NCBI GenBank assembly: GCA_938004185.1
Contig: CALKWN010000065.1
Coordinates: 315,111-379,110 of the forward strand
DNA: 64,000 nucleotides
Source of the DNA: an uncultured candidate division WWE3 bacterium
GTDB lineage: Bacteria > Patescibacteriota > WWE3 > UBA101185 > UBA10185
Reading direction: 5' to 3'
Both the position numbers and the translations under genes were made by a program. This document shows, piece after piece, positions 36,992 to 48,300 of the stretch (the first letter of the stretch is position 1; each line of letters begins with the position of its first letter). A model generated the notes under the pieces. The model was not told the DNA's origin and did no database searches. It worked only from the letters and a program-made list of their open reading frames with translations.

Positions 36992-38063
36992 TTATTCCTG
37001 CGGCATCTAAGCTTATTAATCCGGAAGCCTCTGGATCATTTAGCTTGTAGCTACTTAAAGAAAGTAGCATCTTTTTCACATTTTCAACCAAAATACTCGG
37101 AGTTAAATCCTTTTCTTCGATAATTTCCGCAATTCCATAGTTCTTAAGTATTTCTGCATTTCTCATTTGTTCGTTATGACTTACCCAAGGTATTGGTATT
37201 AAAATTGCGGGTTTTTCCAAGGCAAGTAATTCTGTAACCGTGTGTGCTCCTGACCTACCTACAACTAAAGCTGACTTATTAAACGCTTCGCCTATCTCAT
37301 CATCAAAAATAAATTTTCTTAAAAAATACTTACCATTCGACAAACCTCTGACCTCTTCATACATATCCCTAAGCTGCTCGAAATCATTAAATCTAGAATG
37401 ATCACCACACTGGTGAATTATGTTAGCCAGCGCTAAAAGTTCTGCCAAAGATTCCCTCACCACATCGTTTATCAAATGGGAGCCTGATTTTCCTGCAGTA
37501 ATATAAATGGTTGGTAGATCATTTAGGGTTGAGAACGAATCAGACCCAATTTCAAAAACGGATTTTCGTATCGGTACCCCTGAATAAACTATTTTTTTCG
37601 CAGGAAAGTATTTTTCTGAGTCTTTCCAACCTATGCAAATTTTTTTAACAAAGTTTGCTAAAAGCTTGTTCGCGTAGCCTGTAACTACAGTTTGCTCATG
37701 TGTAATTGAAGGAATTCCCAAAAACCAACCTGAAATGACAGTGGGTACGGCAAGATAACCACCGAAAGACAGTATCACATCGGGTTTTATTTCTCTAAGC
37801 CACTTAAATGACTGAATAAAACCGAGAGGTATTCTAGCCAAACGTATCGGATTGTATGTTTTATAAAATTTTCCGGCTTTAAGATCGTAAAAAGGTATGC
37901 CGAGAGAAGTAATCTCCTTATACTCAAGGCTTTCATTTTTATTACTTGCCGCAGAATATTTATGCCCGAACCAATACATAAGAACATCTGGATATCTGTT
38001 TTTTAAAACATCTATTACTGGTAGTGCAGAACTGTGATGTCCACCCGTGATTACTATTTTCAT
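36948..38063 (-). CDS. murG: Undecaprenyl-PP-MurNAc-pentapeptide GlcNAc transferase
   Basis: GT28 N- and C-domains. G-loop GGHHSSALP. Confidence 0.88.
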   Translation of the reverse strand: MKIVITGGHHSSALPVIDVLKNRYPDVLMYWFGHKYSAASNKNESLEYKEITSLGIPFYDLKAGKFYKTYNPIRLARIPLGFIQSFKWLREIKPDVILSFGGYLAVPTVISGWFLGIPSITHEQTVVTGYANKLLANFVKKICIGWKDSEKYFPAKKIVYSGVPIRKSVFEIGSDSFSTLNDLPTIYITAGKSGSHLINDVVRESLAELLALANIIHQCGDHSRFNDFEQLRDMYEEVRGLSNGKYFLRKFIFDDEIGEAFNKSALVVGRSGAHTVTELLALEKPAILIPIPWVSHNEQMRNAEILKNYGIAEIIEEKDLTPSILVENVKKMLLSLSSYKLNDPEASGLISLDAAGIIANETIKLKKKSGQ

Positions 38064-39229
38064 TTAGAAATCTCCCTTCCTACATTTGCAAGAATTCCGA
38101 GACCCATAAGACTAAAAACCATGCTCGAACCTCCATAGGATATTAAAGGTATTGGGACGCCGGTCAGCGGTAAAATTTGTGTCATTGCACCGATGTTAAC
38201 AAAAAATTGTAATCCTATCCAAGACGTAACACCGGATGCTAACAAACGGCCTCTTAAAGACTTTGCATGCTTTGCAATATCAAATCCCAGATAGATTAAA
38301 TAGGAAAATGCAAAAATTACGACGACCGTACCTGCAAATCCGAATTCTTCACCAATAATCGCAAAAATTGAATCTGATGCTACCTCGGGCAAGTAATAGT
38401 ATTTTTGGCGCGATTGGCCGAATCCTACTCCGAACATGCCGCCGGAACCAAGAGCAATTTGAATTTGCTTTATATGGTAACCTTCACCGCGGTCATCGGC
38501 GTCAAATCCCTTAATTTGAGTCAGCAACCTATCTCTTCTGTATGGAGAAAGGATAATTAGTACCGTTGCCATAATTAAAAGTACCGGAGCAAGCATGAAA
38601 AGGGGTTTTATCGAAGACCCGGAAGCAAAATAAACTACCGTTCCTATTGCCGCAACCATGACCGCAGTAGACATGTTAGGTTGTGCAATTATTAAAACGA
38701 AAAATATACCCGTAATTACGGCATAGAGTTTAAAAGGATTTTTATTATCCTGAAGGACCTTAGGAAGCATTGTAGATAAATACAATATCAATGTAAGTTT
38801 AGTTAACTCGCCGGGTTGAAAACCCACCACACCCAATATAGGAATTTTCGGAAGAGGCGGACCGTTTAAGTAAAGCCATCTGTTCGCTCCGTTTATGCAA
38901 GGTGCAAAAAAAATGTTCCATGAGCAAGGTAGAACTGAAACGATTGCCAGAGCAACAAGAAATATTAATGTTGCTGTAAAAAACAACGCGGCTATCTTGT
39001 CAATTTTTTTATAATCCAGTTTGTAAAAAAAGGTAAATCCTAATAGACCTATAACTACCCAACCTAGCTGAAGAAAAACAAACCTATACGGATCGTTATA
39101 CAGACTATCCGAGTGAATTATTGTGGAATCGGCAATTATAATTATGCCGAAAAGAAGAAACATGAGAACAAGAAAAACGAAAGGCCTGTCTTTTCTTGGC
39201 GATGTTTGGACAGATTTTGATTTAATCAT
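38060..39229 (-). CDS. ftsW: SEDS-family peptidoglycan polymerase FtsW/RodA
   Basis: 10 TM. Conserved C-terminal GGSS...MG region. Confidence 0.85.
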   Translation of the reverse strand: MIKSKSVQTSPRKDRPFVFLVLMFLLFGIIIIADSTIIHSDSLYNDPYRFVFLQLGWVVIGLLGFTFFYKLDYKKIDKIAALFFTATLIFLVALAIVSVLPCSWNIFFAPCINGANRWLYLNGPPLPKIPILGVVGFQPGELTKLTLILYLSTMLPKVLQDNKNPFKLYAVITGIFFVLIIAQPNMSTAVMVAAIGTVVYFASGSSIKPLFMLAPVLLIMATVLIILSPYRRDRLLTQIKGFDADDRGEGYHIKQIQIALGSGGMFGVGFGQSRQKYYYLPEVASDSIFAIIGEEFGFAGTVVVIFAFSYLIYLGFDIAKHAKSLRGRLLASGVTSWIGLQFFVNIGAMTQILPLTGVPIPLISYGGSSMVFSLMGLGILANVGREISK

Positions 39230-39232
39230 AAA

Positions 39233-40336
39233 TTACATGAGCGCAATAAATATTCCGGCAAACGCGCAGAACGCTCCGAAAAGCCAAAATCTAAGAGTTA
39301 CTTTTGTTTCGGGCCAGCCCAAAAGCTCGAAGTGGTGATGAACAGGAGCAAACCTGAATAATCTTTTTTTAGTAATTTTTACGGAAAGCTGCTGAAGCGG
39401 ACTGCTTATTCCGTCAAAAAGAAACACCGCACCAATAATAAGAAACGCAATTTCCCTGTGTAAAAATACGGCCAAAAGCGCCAAGGTCCCCCCTAAAACG
39501 TGGGAACCGACGTTGCCCATAAATATCCTAGCCGGGTAAATATTAAAGTAAAGAAAAGGGAGTATCGCACCGGCAAAGGTAGCACAAAAAATTGCCAACT
39601 GGTTATATCCTAAAACCCTGGAAACAACCCAAAAAGACAAAAATGCTATAAGGGATAAGCCTGCAGCTAAACCGTCTAATCCATCGGTGAAAGCAACGGC
39701 ATTAAGAACAACAATGAAAAGCAAAAATACGAATATCGGATAAAATATTCCGATGTGAACCTCTCCGATTAGCGGGAACCAAATGTAATCCCATCCCAAT
39801 TTGAAATAAACCCAATATGCAACAAAACCCCCGATAAGGCTCTGAATAAGAAACTTAATGTAGGTTTGCATACCGCTGGAATCCGAGCTCCCTACTATTC
39901 GCCAAAATTCTTTAAAAGAACGCCATGGGGAAGATAGGACTCTTAATATACCTCTGGAACCACTTTCTCTTTTTCTATATAGCCAATTGAAATGATATTC
40001 AAAGAATCCCGGAAGACCTGATTTTCTATAAACTTTTGTAAAATCTTCGAATAACCCTAAGAGTCCAGACAACAGGGCTACGAAAATCGGCAAGAGGGTT
40101 TGTGTTCTGGACCTATTAATCAGCAGCGTTAACAACGCTACGACAGAAACAAAAACAAGTCCGCCCATAGTAGGAGTTCCAATTTTTTGAAAGTGACTCT
40201 TTGGTGCGTCACCTCTTACCTCTTCACCCATCTGAAACCTATAAACAAAATTAATCCATATAGGATACACAAGAAATGAAACTATTCCCGCTGCAAATAA
40301 AAATAATAAATCCAACATTATTCCCGCTGATCCCAT
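39233..40336 (-). CDS. mraY: Phospho-N-acetylmuramoyl-pentapeptide transferase
   Basis: GTPTMGG, DG.DGLA and HHHFE motifs. Confidence 0.92.
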   Translation of the reverse strand: MGSAGIMLDLLFLFAAGIVSFLVYPIWINFVYRFQMGEEVRGDAPKSHFQKIGTPTMGGLVFVSVVALLTLLINRSRTQTLLPIFVALLSGLLGLFEDFTKVYRKSGLPGFFEYHFNWLYRKRESGSRGILRVLSSPWRSFKEFWRIVGSSDSSGMQTYIKFLIQSLIGGFVAYWVYFKLGWDYIWFPLIGEVHIGIFYPIFVFLLFIVVLNAVAFTDGLDGLAAGLSLIAFLSFWVVSRVLGYNQLAIFCATFAGAILPFLYFNIYPARIFMGNVGSHVLGGTLALLAVFLHREIAFLIIGAVFLFDGISSPLQQLSVKITKKRLFRFAPVHHHFELLGWPETKVTLRFWLFGAFCAFAGIFIALM

Positions 40337-41649
40337 ATGTTTGCTCCTAAATTTTTTAACTTAATCGAAAAATTCTCAATATACCCGTCGACTATATCAA
40401 TTCCGTCTATGTCACTTCGCCCTTCCGCAACCAGTCCGGCCAAAAGATGAACGGGACCGAACCTGAAATCTGCTATATCAAGCTTTTCTCCCTTTAATTT
40501 TACAGGTCCGTTGGTTTTAGCTACAGTGTACGGCTCTCCTTGCTTTTCGATATCATAGCCATCGTCGCTTATTGCGGGCGCAATACCGACTTCCGAAGGT
40601 CTCAAAAGCTCAATTTTTGCCCCCATCCTGTTTAAGTCCTTTGTGTAGCCGAATCTGTCTGTATAGACAGTGTCGTGAATTAGACTTTCACCGCTGCACT
40701 GTGTTAGAAGAAGCGTAGCCGTCGATTGCCAGTCTGAAATGAAGCCCGGAGTCGGCGCAATTGTAAGATTTGCAGCCTGCAGTTCCTCTCCATGGCGCCA
40801 TATTTTTAAAACATTTTGTGATAACTCGTACCGCGCTCCGATTTTAGTTAAAAAGTTCACAAGAGGAATCATGACGTTTCTATCAATATTTCTAATTTCA
40901 AGATTACCTTTTGTTAATAAAGCTGCCATTGCAAAAATTGCAGCCTCGATCTTATCCGACTGCACACTACATGAAGCGCCTTTAAAAATATTCACTCCCT
41001 TTACTTTAATTACACGTGGTTCGGTTCTCACAACCTCGCCGCCCATTGAATTTATAAGTCCGATTAGATCCTCGATTTCACTTTCTTCGGAAGCATTGTG
41101 TATCTCACTTTCTCCCGCAAGAAAGGACGCGGTCATTATGGCAATATCTGTAGCTAAATGGCTTGGTATTTTAAAGTTAATGTGTGAAGCGGTAGCTGAA
41201 GAGGAAGAAATATAATAGTAACTTTCGTCTTCTTCTACGGTTATACCCAGACTTTTCCAAGCTTCCAGTGTTCTGTTGATATTCGAGATTTCACCTGACA
41301 AAGGTTTAAACTTAGGCAAAGAAGCTTTACCGAATCTAAATAAAAGAGGTGGGACCAACAAAACAGATGTTCTATACTTTGACCCAACATCAAGAGGTAT
41401 TTCATGAGAAGTTATTCCCGACCCATTCAAAATTAATCTACCCGTTCCCGCCCACTCAGCTTTACCTCCAAGTAGTTTAATCATACTGATGTCATCTTCT
41501 ATCGCACCGATTTTCGGAACATTCTGAATAATTACATCATCATTTGAAAACATCGCGGCGGCCATCAATTTTAAGGCTGAGTTTCTTGTGCCGGACACCT
41601 GCACGGTGCCTAACAACGGAGCGCCACCTTCTACGATAACGCCGCTCAT
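40318..41649 (-). CDS. murA: UDP-N-acetylglucosamine 1-carboxyvinyltransferase-like (EPT fold)
   Basis: MurA-like blocks: VSGTRNSALKL, PTPGFISDWQST, TDRF..LNRMGA, IVDGYIENF..LGANI. No Cys is evident in the region that aligns with the E. coli Cys115 loop. Confidence 0.75.
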   Translation of the reverse strand: MSGVIVEGGAPLLGTVQVSGTRNSALKLMAAAMFSNDDVIIQNVPKIGAIEDDISMIKLLGGKAEWAGTGRLILNGSGITSHEIPLDVGSKYRTSVLLVPPLLFRFGKASLPKFKPLSGEISNINRTLEAWKSLGITVEEDESYYYISSSSATASHINFKIPSHLATDIAIMTASFLAGESEIHNASEESEIEDLIGLINSMGGEVVRTEPRVIKVKGVNIFKGASCSVQSDKIEAAIFAMAALLTKGNLEIRNIDRNVMIPLVNFLTKIGARYELSQNVLKIWRHGEELQAANLTIAPTPGFISDWQSTATLLLTQCSGESLIHDTVYTDRFGYTKDLNRMGAKIELLRPSEVGIAPAISDDGYDIEKQGEPYTVAKTNGPVKLKGEKLDIADFRFGPVHLLAGLVAEGRSDIDGIDIVDGYIENFSIKLKNLGANIWDQRE

Positions 41650-41650
41650 A

Positions 41651-41869
41651 TCAGGATAATTTTATTAGGAGAAATGAATTTACTACAAGCAAAACTCCCA
41701 AAACTGCCGTAAGGATAAAAACCGCTTTTTCTACACCCCGCAGTGATCTATAAGCGGTAAATGAGTTCTTTAGACCTGACGACAAACCGGCATTTTTTGT
41801 TTGAATAAGGACCAAAAACACCAACAGTACTGAGATTATTGCCTGTATTATTTTTAAAAAATTAATCAT
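41651..41869 (-). CDS. secG: Preprotein translocase subunit SecG
   Basis: 72 aa, two TM with a Gly-rich loop (NAGLSSGLKNSFTAY). Start taken at the internal MINFLK. Confidence 0.65.
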   Translation of the reverse strand: MINFLKIIQAIISVLLVFLVLIQTKNAGLSSGLKNSFTAYRSLRGVEKAVFILTAVLGVLLVVNSFLLIKLS

Positions 41870-41870
41870 A

Positions 41871-42281
41871 TTATTTCTTCTGCGTACAAAGCCACTCAAA
41901 AAAAGTATATACCATTGAGAGGATAAAGGCAGAAAATAAGGCAGACCAGAAGACCGTAAGGCTTTTTGATGGTAGCATAAAGCCGAAAATAATCAAATCA
42001 GACAAAGTGGTCTCAAGTATTGTAAAACCGGGTAAAAACAGTGTTAAAACATACAAAGAAAGTGTAGACAATATAGTTGCAATAAATAAAAAGCCGATCC
42101 CCTTATGAGGAAGACCGAATGTCATTAAAAGAGGCTTTCCGATAAAAAAAAGAAGAGTAAGGGCTAAAGCCAGTACAACAAAAGCTTTTATATCTTCACC
42201 GTAGTATAAAGAAGATAAAACGTAGTTAGTGCAGTACAAAGATATAAGGACAAAAACAAAAGTTCTTATAACCCTCTTCAT
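41871..42281 (-). CDS. Hypothetical 4-TM membrane protein
   Basis: Four hydrophobic helices. No family recognised. Confidence 0.5.
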   Translation of the reverse strand: MKRVIRTFVFVLISLYCTNYVLSSLYYGEDIKAFVVLALALTLLFFIGKPLLMTFGLPHKGIGFLFIATILSTLSLYVLTLFLPGFTILETTLSDLIIFGFMLPSKSLTVFWSALFSAFILSMVYTFFEWLCTQKK

Positions 42282-42299
42282 ATATAAATTATATCCTGA

Positions 42300-43679
42300 T
42301 TACGGCGCTGTTCCAAAGACCTTCCTGCTTCTTAAAGAATGGTGGTATTTTTGGGCAAATCTGTGACTCTCATCTCTTAAATTAATAAGCAATTTCAATC
42401 CCGGTCTGCTTTTATCAGCCGATATTTCATGAAAACCGTCTTCATAATAAATTACCGTTTCGTCTTTTTTGGCCAGGCCTACCATCGGCACGTCCAGGTT
42501 TAACTTCGTCATAGCACTCATCGCCGAAGACAGCTGCCCCTTACCCCCATCCAAGATGATTAATGACGGCATTCCCCAGCTTTTTCTTTTTCCACCGATC
42601 TCGTGAGCTAAGCGCCTATAAATAACTTCAAATATCATGGCGAAATCATCGGGAGTATTTTTAGTTTTTATTTTAAATTTTTTATACTCACGTTTGTCGA
42701 TTCTTCCGTTTATTGCTGTAACCATTGATCCCACCGCTTCCTTCCCCGAAATGTTCGATATATCGTAGCATTCTATTCTTGTTGGAATTTGTTTCAAAGT
42801 CGGTAATATTTCTACAAGATCTTCGAGAGCTTCTCGCGCAAGATCATCCAGCAAATACGGATTTTCTAAATATTCACCGGGAAGTCTAAATATTTGTCTC
42901 ACATAATTAAAACGGCCTAATACATCCCTTACAGAGGCCGCTTCTTCGTATTTTTTAGCTGTAGAGAGTTTTTTCATGTCTCTTTCGAGCTTTTTTATAA
43001 GCATTGTCGTCTTACCCGATAATATTTTCTTTATGGTTGCTACATTTTTTTTGTTTATTTCTAAAGCTTTTTTACCGTTTACACACGGAGCCGGACAAAG
43101 GTTTATATGACCGTACAAACAAGGACTCTTTAGCTTTCTGTATTTTTCGAATTTTGACACCGAACAATCCCTAAACGGAAAAACTCTTCTCAGCAACCTC
43201 ACAATATTTTTAACCGTAGTCCCGTCTGGATAAGGACCGAAATATGTTTTGTATTTATTGCTACTACCTTTTCTGAATGTTTCAACTGTTTCAATATTTA
43301 CCATCTTACCTTCAACGACAACTTTTTCCGATCTTATCCCAATGTATAAGTAAGATTTATCATCTTTTAAATTAATGTTGAAAACAGGAAGATACTTTTT
43401 AATTAATTCGGCCTCGAGTATGAGTGCTTCCAGCTCACTTTCAACTTCAATGGTTTCAAAAGATGCGATTTTTTCGACAAGTGCGTGTGTTTTAGATCTT
43501 CTATCCAAGTTTATACGGAAATAGGATGATACTCTTGATTTCAGGTTTTTCGCCTTACCCACATAAATCACAGAACCTGAACTGTCCTTATAAATATAGA
43601 CACCCGGCGACTGGGGCAACTTCTTCACTTTTTCTTTTATATTTGAGGAAACCACGAAGTTATTGTAGCATTTACCCAT
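42300..43679 (-). CDS. uvrC: Excinuclease ABC subunit C, short form (no C-terminal HhH2 domain apparent)
   Basis: GIY-YIG (PGVYIYKD..IYVGKAKNLKSRVSSY), UVR domain, RNase H-like endonuclease domain. Only 459 aa. The start may be the internal GTG at 43655. Confidence 0.85.
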   Translation of the reverse strand: MGKCYNNFVVSSNIKEKVKKLPQSPGVYIYKDSSGSVIYVGKAKNLKSRVSSYFRINLDRRSKTHALVEKIASFETIEVESELEALILEAELIKKYLPVFNINLKDDKSYLYIGIRSEKVVVEGKMVNIETVETFRKGSSNKYKTYFGPYPDGTTVKNIVRLLRRVFPFRDCSVSKFEKYRKLKSPCLYGHINLCPAPCVNGKKALEINKKNVATIKKILSGKTTMLIKKLERDMKKLSTAKKYEEAASVRDVLGRFNYVRQIFRLPGEYLENPYLLDDLAREALEDLVEILPTLKQIPTRIECYDISNISGKEAVGSMVTAINGRIDKREYKKFKIKTKNTPDDFAMIFEVIYRRLAHEIGGKRKSWGMPSLIILDGGKGQLSSAMSAMTKLNLDVPMVGLAKKDETVIYYEDGFHEISADKSRPGLKLLINLRDESHRFAQKYHHSLRSRKVFGTAP

Positions 43680-45393
43680 GCTCTTAAAGCGTTTTTATAA
43701 GGTTTTTATTACACTAACCGTTGTTCCATTTTTCTTTATACAGGCAAGAGCGGATGAAAATTTCATAATTAACTACGATATAAGGTACGAGATTCAGGAA
43801 AACGGAGAAACTTTAGTTACACAAAATACCACAATTACCAGTCTTAAAAGCGATGTTGTTCCTACAACTTACACCTTTAAAACAAAATACATGGATGTAT
43901 ACGATATATCGGCCGAAACAAACGGCAAGAAAACCGAAGTTCGTAAAGATACTTCCGGAAATAGTGATGTAACCGTAATTGTGCCGTTTTCTACTTATTC
44001 TATAGGGGAAGGAAAACAAAATACCGTAGAACTCACATACAAAACTAAAGGAATAGCCTCAAAAGTAGGGGATGTTTGGAATATTTATATTCAGGGAATA
44101 GACACGCCCGAAACAACCACAATTTACAATATCGTTTTATCTGTTCCCGAATCAATGGGTCCTAAAATATTTGTTTCACCTGCTCCGGCAAGCGAAAAAT
44201 TTGAGAACGGAAAGAACATATACTATTTCGCAAAAGAGAATTTTACTGCAAAAGGAGTATCCGCAGCGTTCGGAAAACATCAATCACTCAATTTTAGAAT
44301 AAAATATCAGCTTGAAAATAATAGAATATTGGGTTCGGTGTACGAAGTAGCCCTTCCGCCTGACATAAAAAATGTGCAGCAAGTCAAATATGACTCAATA
44401 GACCCCAAGCCCAGAAAAATAAGACTGGATAAAGACGGTAACGCTCTGGCGCTTTTTTGGGTGGGTCCTAAGAAAAAACTAGAAGTAACACTTACAGGAC
44501 AAGCAAAAATTCTCGGCAGACAAATAAACCCCGACCTCGGAGGAAAGTTTGAGTCACTGCCTAAGGATCTGATCAGAACTTACACAAAACAGCAAAAATT
44601 TTGGGAAGTAAATAATAAAGAAATACAAAATTTTTCCTCATCTCTTTTCGACTCCGGTCTCAATGTCTCTCAAAACACAAAAAGAATTTACGATTACATT
44701 ACCGCTAATATTTCTTACGATCATTCGGCCGCAGAAAAAAATGTTGTCGAGAGAAAAGGTGCTTTAGCTGCATTAACACAAAGAGGCTCTTTCACGTGTA
44801 TGGAATTTACGGATCTGTTTGTAGCCACGGCAAGGGCTATGGGTATACCGGCCAGGGAAATTAACGGGTACGCCTTTACAAACGACGACATTGAAAAGCC
44901 CATCTCTATAAGCCTCAAAGGAGGGGACACCCTTCACGCCTGGGCAGAATATTACGATCCGTTCTACGGTTGGGTGCAGGTAGATCCGACATGGGGAACA
45001 ACTTCTGGAACTGATTATTTTACAAAACTCGACACTAATCATGTTGCTTTTGCAATAAAAGGTAAAAGTTCGGAATATCCTTATCCTGCCGGAGCATATA
45101 CTTTTAGTGATAATCAAAAATTGGTTGATATAGATTTTTCAGAATCCGGAAATAATTCAACTGACTTTGAACCGGTATTAAAAGTAGTAAAAACCCACAA
45201 TATAAACCCGATAAAAATAATTCTGGGTTATAAAAAATACATAATAGACAATACAAGCGGGTATTTTATTTACGATGTCCAGGGAAAAACTCTGGCTCCG
45301 GGACAAAAGACCTCGGTGTACTTGAGTCCTGAAGAAGATTCAATAAATATCAAGGACTTCAGAGATAAAAATTATTCAATAAAAATTCTTTAA
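43678..45393 (+). CDS. Secreted transglutaminase-like cysteine protease-fold protein
   Basis: Signal peptide. Beta-rich N-domain. Cys-His-Asp core (GSFTCMEF, HAWAEYYD, VQVDPTWG). Confidence 0.8.
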   Translation: MLLKRFYKVFITLTVVPFFFIQARADENFIINYDIRYEIQENGETLVTQNTTITSLKSDVVPTTYTFKTKYMDVYDISAETNGKKTEVRKDTSGNSDVTVIVPFSTYSIGEGKQNTVELTYKTKGIASKVGDVWNIYIQGIDTPETTTIYNIVLSVPESMGPKIFVSPAPASEKFENGKNIYYFAKENFTAKGVSAAFGKHQSLNFRIKYQLENNRILGSVYEVALPPDIKNVQQVKYDSIDPKPRKIRLDKDGNALALFWVGPKKKLEVTLTGQAKILGRQINPDLGGKFESLPKDLIRTYTKQQKFWEVNNKEIQNFSSSLFDSGLNVSQNTKRIYDYITANISYDHSAAEKNVVERKGALAALTQRGSFTCMEFTDLFVATARAMGIPAREINGYAFTNDDIEKPISISLKGGDTLHAWAEYYDPFYGWVQVDPTWGTTSGTDYFTKLDTNHVAFAIKGKSSEYPYPAGAYTFSDNQKLVDIDFSESGNNSTDFEPVLKVVKTHNINPIKIILGYKKYIIDNTSGYFIYDVQGKTLAPGQKTSVYLSPEEDSINIKDFRDKNYSIKIL

Positions 45394-48300
45394 TTACGTT
45401 TTTTTGACGAACCGGTTCCCGCCAAGTTTTTATAATAGTCTCTAAGTGCCTCGGAAGTATATGAAGTTTTGTGGTCTTTTAATTCATCCAAGGATCCTGC
45501 GAAAATTACTTCTCCTCCCGCGTCGCCCCCATCGGGACCGAGGTCGATAACATAATCGCAATTTGAAATAACGTCTAGATTGTGCTCGATAACAACAACC
45601 GTATTTCCTCTGGATGTCAGTCTTTTAAAAATAGCAATAAGGTTTTCAAGATCTGCAAAATGCAGGCCTGTTGTAGGCTCGTCCAGTATATAAAAGGTAC
45701 TTCCTGTGGCCCGTTTTGAAAGCTCTAAAGCCAATTTAACACGCTGAGCCTCTCCTCCGGATAAAGTAGGGGCGGGCTGACCGAGTTTTATATACCCCAA
45801 ACCCACATCGTATAAGGTTTCGATTCGGCGTCTGATCTGAGGAATATTTTCAAAAAACGAAAGAGCTTCTCCTACAGTCATATCCAAAACGTCGGCAATA
45901 TTTTTGCCTTTATAAAAAATTTCCAAAGCTTCTCTGTTGTATCTTTTTCCCTGACAAACTTCACAGTTAACATAAACGTCCGGCATAAATTGCATTTCTA
46001 TCTTTATCTGTCCCTCACCTCCGCAAGCCTCGCATCTTCCACCCTTAACATTAAAGCTAAACCGACCGGGACTGTATCCCCTAATCTTAGCCTCTTGAGT
46101 TTTTGAGAAAAGATCTCTTATGTGGTCAAATACTTTTGTGTAGGTAGCGGGATTGGACTTAGGCGTCCTACCAATAGGACTCTGATCGATGGCAATAATA
46201 TTTGTCAAATTCTCAGCGCCTTCCAAGGACTTAAAAGGTTCCGGCTTTTGTTCAAGCTTCATACCAAAATTCTGGCGAAGACCTTGGTATAAGGTATCCA
46301 TAATTAGTGTGGATTTGCCTGACCCTGAAACACCTGTAACACAAATGAATTTTCCCAGAGGAACAGAAACATTTATTTTTTTTAAATTTCTTCCTGAAGC
46401 CCCTTTTAATTCGAGTTTTTTGCCGTTGATAGCTTTGGGTTCTCTTAAACCACCTTCTAAATCGGTGAATATGTCCTTTTTATTGTTTTTGCCTACAACC
46501 AGCTTTCCGGAAAGATATTTTCCGGTAAGAGAGTTCGGGTTGTTCATTATTTCTTCAGGAGATCCCTCAGCTACGACCTTTCCGCCTTCCTCTCCGGCGC
46601 CGGGACCGAAATCGAATATATAGTCACTTTTAAACATAGTTTCGGAATCGTGCTCAACAACTAAAACCGTATTTCCCAGGTCGCGAAGTTGGTGAAGAGT
46701 TCTTATAAGTTTACCCTGATCTTTTTGATGCAGTCCTATAGAAGGTTCATCTAAAACGTAAAGGACGCCCGACAAACCGGAGCCAATTTGAGACGCGAGC
46801 CTAATTCTCTGTGCTTCTCCACCCGAAAGTTGCGAAGAGGAACGTGATAGCGTCAGATAATCCAAACCTACGTCTTTTAGAAAGTTTAACCTGTAAGAAA
46901 TTTCTTTTAAGATATTTCCGGCAATTTTGTGCTCACGTTCCGTAAGCACAGTTTCAAGTTTTTTTACCCACTCAACGGTGTCCTTAATTGAAAGAGAAGT
47001 TATTTCGGTAATATTTTTTGAGTCTATTACTACGGATAAAGATTCTTTTTTTAAGCGTGACCCGCCGCATAAAGGACAATTTTCGTTAATCATGTATTTT
47101 TCAATTTCATTTCTTATGTACTCGGATTGGGTTTCTTTATGTCTTCTCATTAGGTTAGGTATAACGCCTTCGTAAGCTGCATCGTAAGAATGCTCTCCGC
47201 CGTGCTGAGTCTTGTAAGTTACTCTGAATCTTTTTCCTTCTACTCCGTATAAAAGAATGTTTTTTGCTTCTTTAGACAAATCTGTTATGGGAACATCAAG
47301 CGAAAATTTATACACTTCGGCGACTTTTTTTACAACATTTCTTGTCCATGTTTGATGCTCGAAAAGCCGTTGCCACGGCAAAATACCGCCTTCGGCAACC
47401 GATAACCTGGGGTTGACCACAGCATCCTCGTTTACTCTCAGCTGAGTTCCCAAACCGTCACAAACAGGACATGCGCCGTGAGGTGAGTTGAAAGAAAAAG
47501 TCCTTGGTTCTATTTCCGGCAATGAGATATTACAGACAGGACACGCGAAATTTTCTGAGAGAAGATGATCTTCGGTGTCTTGAGGGTTCTCAGGAAAATC
47601 AAAGCTTTTGTCTTTTATTATTGTTAAGATCACAGTTCCATTGCTCAAGCGAAGAGCTGTTTCTACCGATTGAAATAATTCGGAAAAAGTTTGTTTAGCT
47701 TCCGGGCTGTCGCCGGTCTTTTTACTGTTTACCGAATGCCTCGAAATCATCGCATCTATCGAATGCTTATTTGTCTTTATCAATTCAAATTTTTCTTTAA
47801 GACTCATTATGTTTCCATCCACACGGGCTCTAATAATTCCTTGCTTCCTCAAATTTTCGAAAAGTGATGAATACTCCCCTTTCCTGTCTTTTACTATCGG
47901 AGAAAAAATAAAAAACCTTACACCTTTTTCTGACTTAAAATCCTTGTTCTCGGAAGCAATTTTTATGATCGACTGCGTAATTTCAGTAGAACTCTGTCTT
48001 TGAATCTCTCTTCCGCATTCAGGACAGTGAGGATGACCTACTCTTGCAAAAAGCAATCTTAGATAATCGTAAATTTCCGTTATTGTTCCGACTGTAGATC
48101 TTGGGTTTTTAGAGGTTGTTTTCTGGTCAATTGCTATTGCGGGAGAAAGACCGTCAATTCTATCGACATCGGGCTTGTCCATAACTCCTAAAAATTGTCG
48201 CGCATAGGCCGATAAACTCTCCACGTATCTTCTTTGACCTTCCGCATATATTGTATCCATGGCCAAAGATGACTTACCGGATCCTGATACACCGGTTAGG

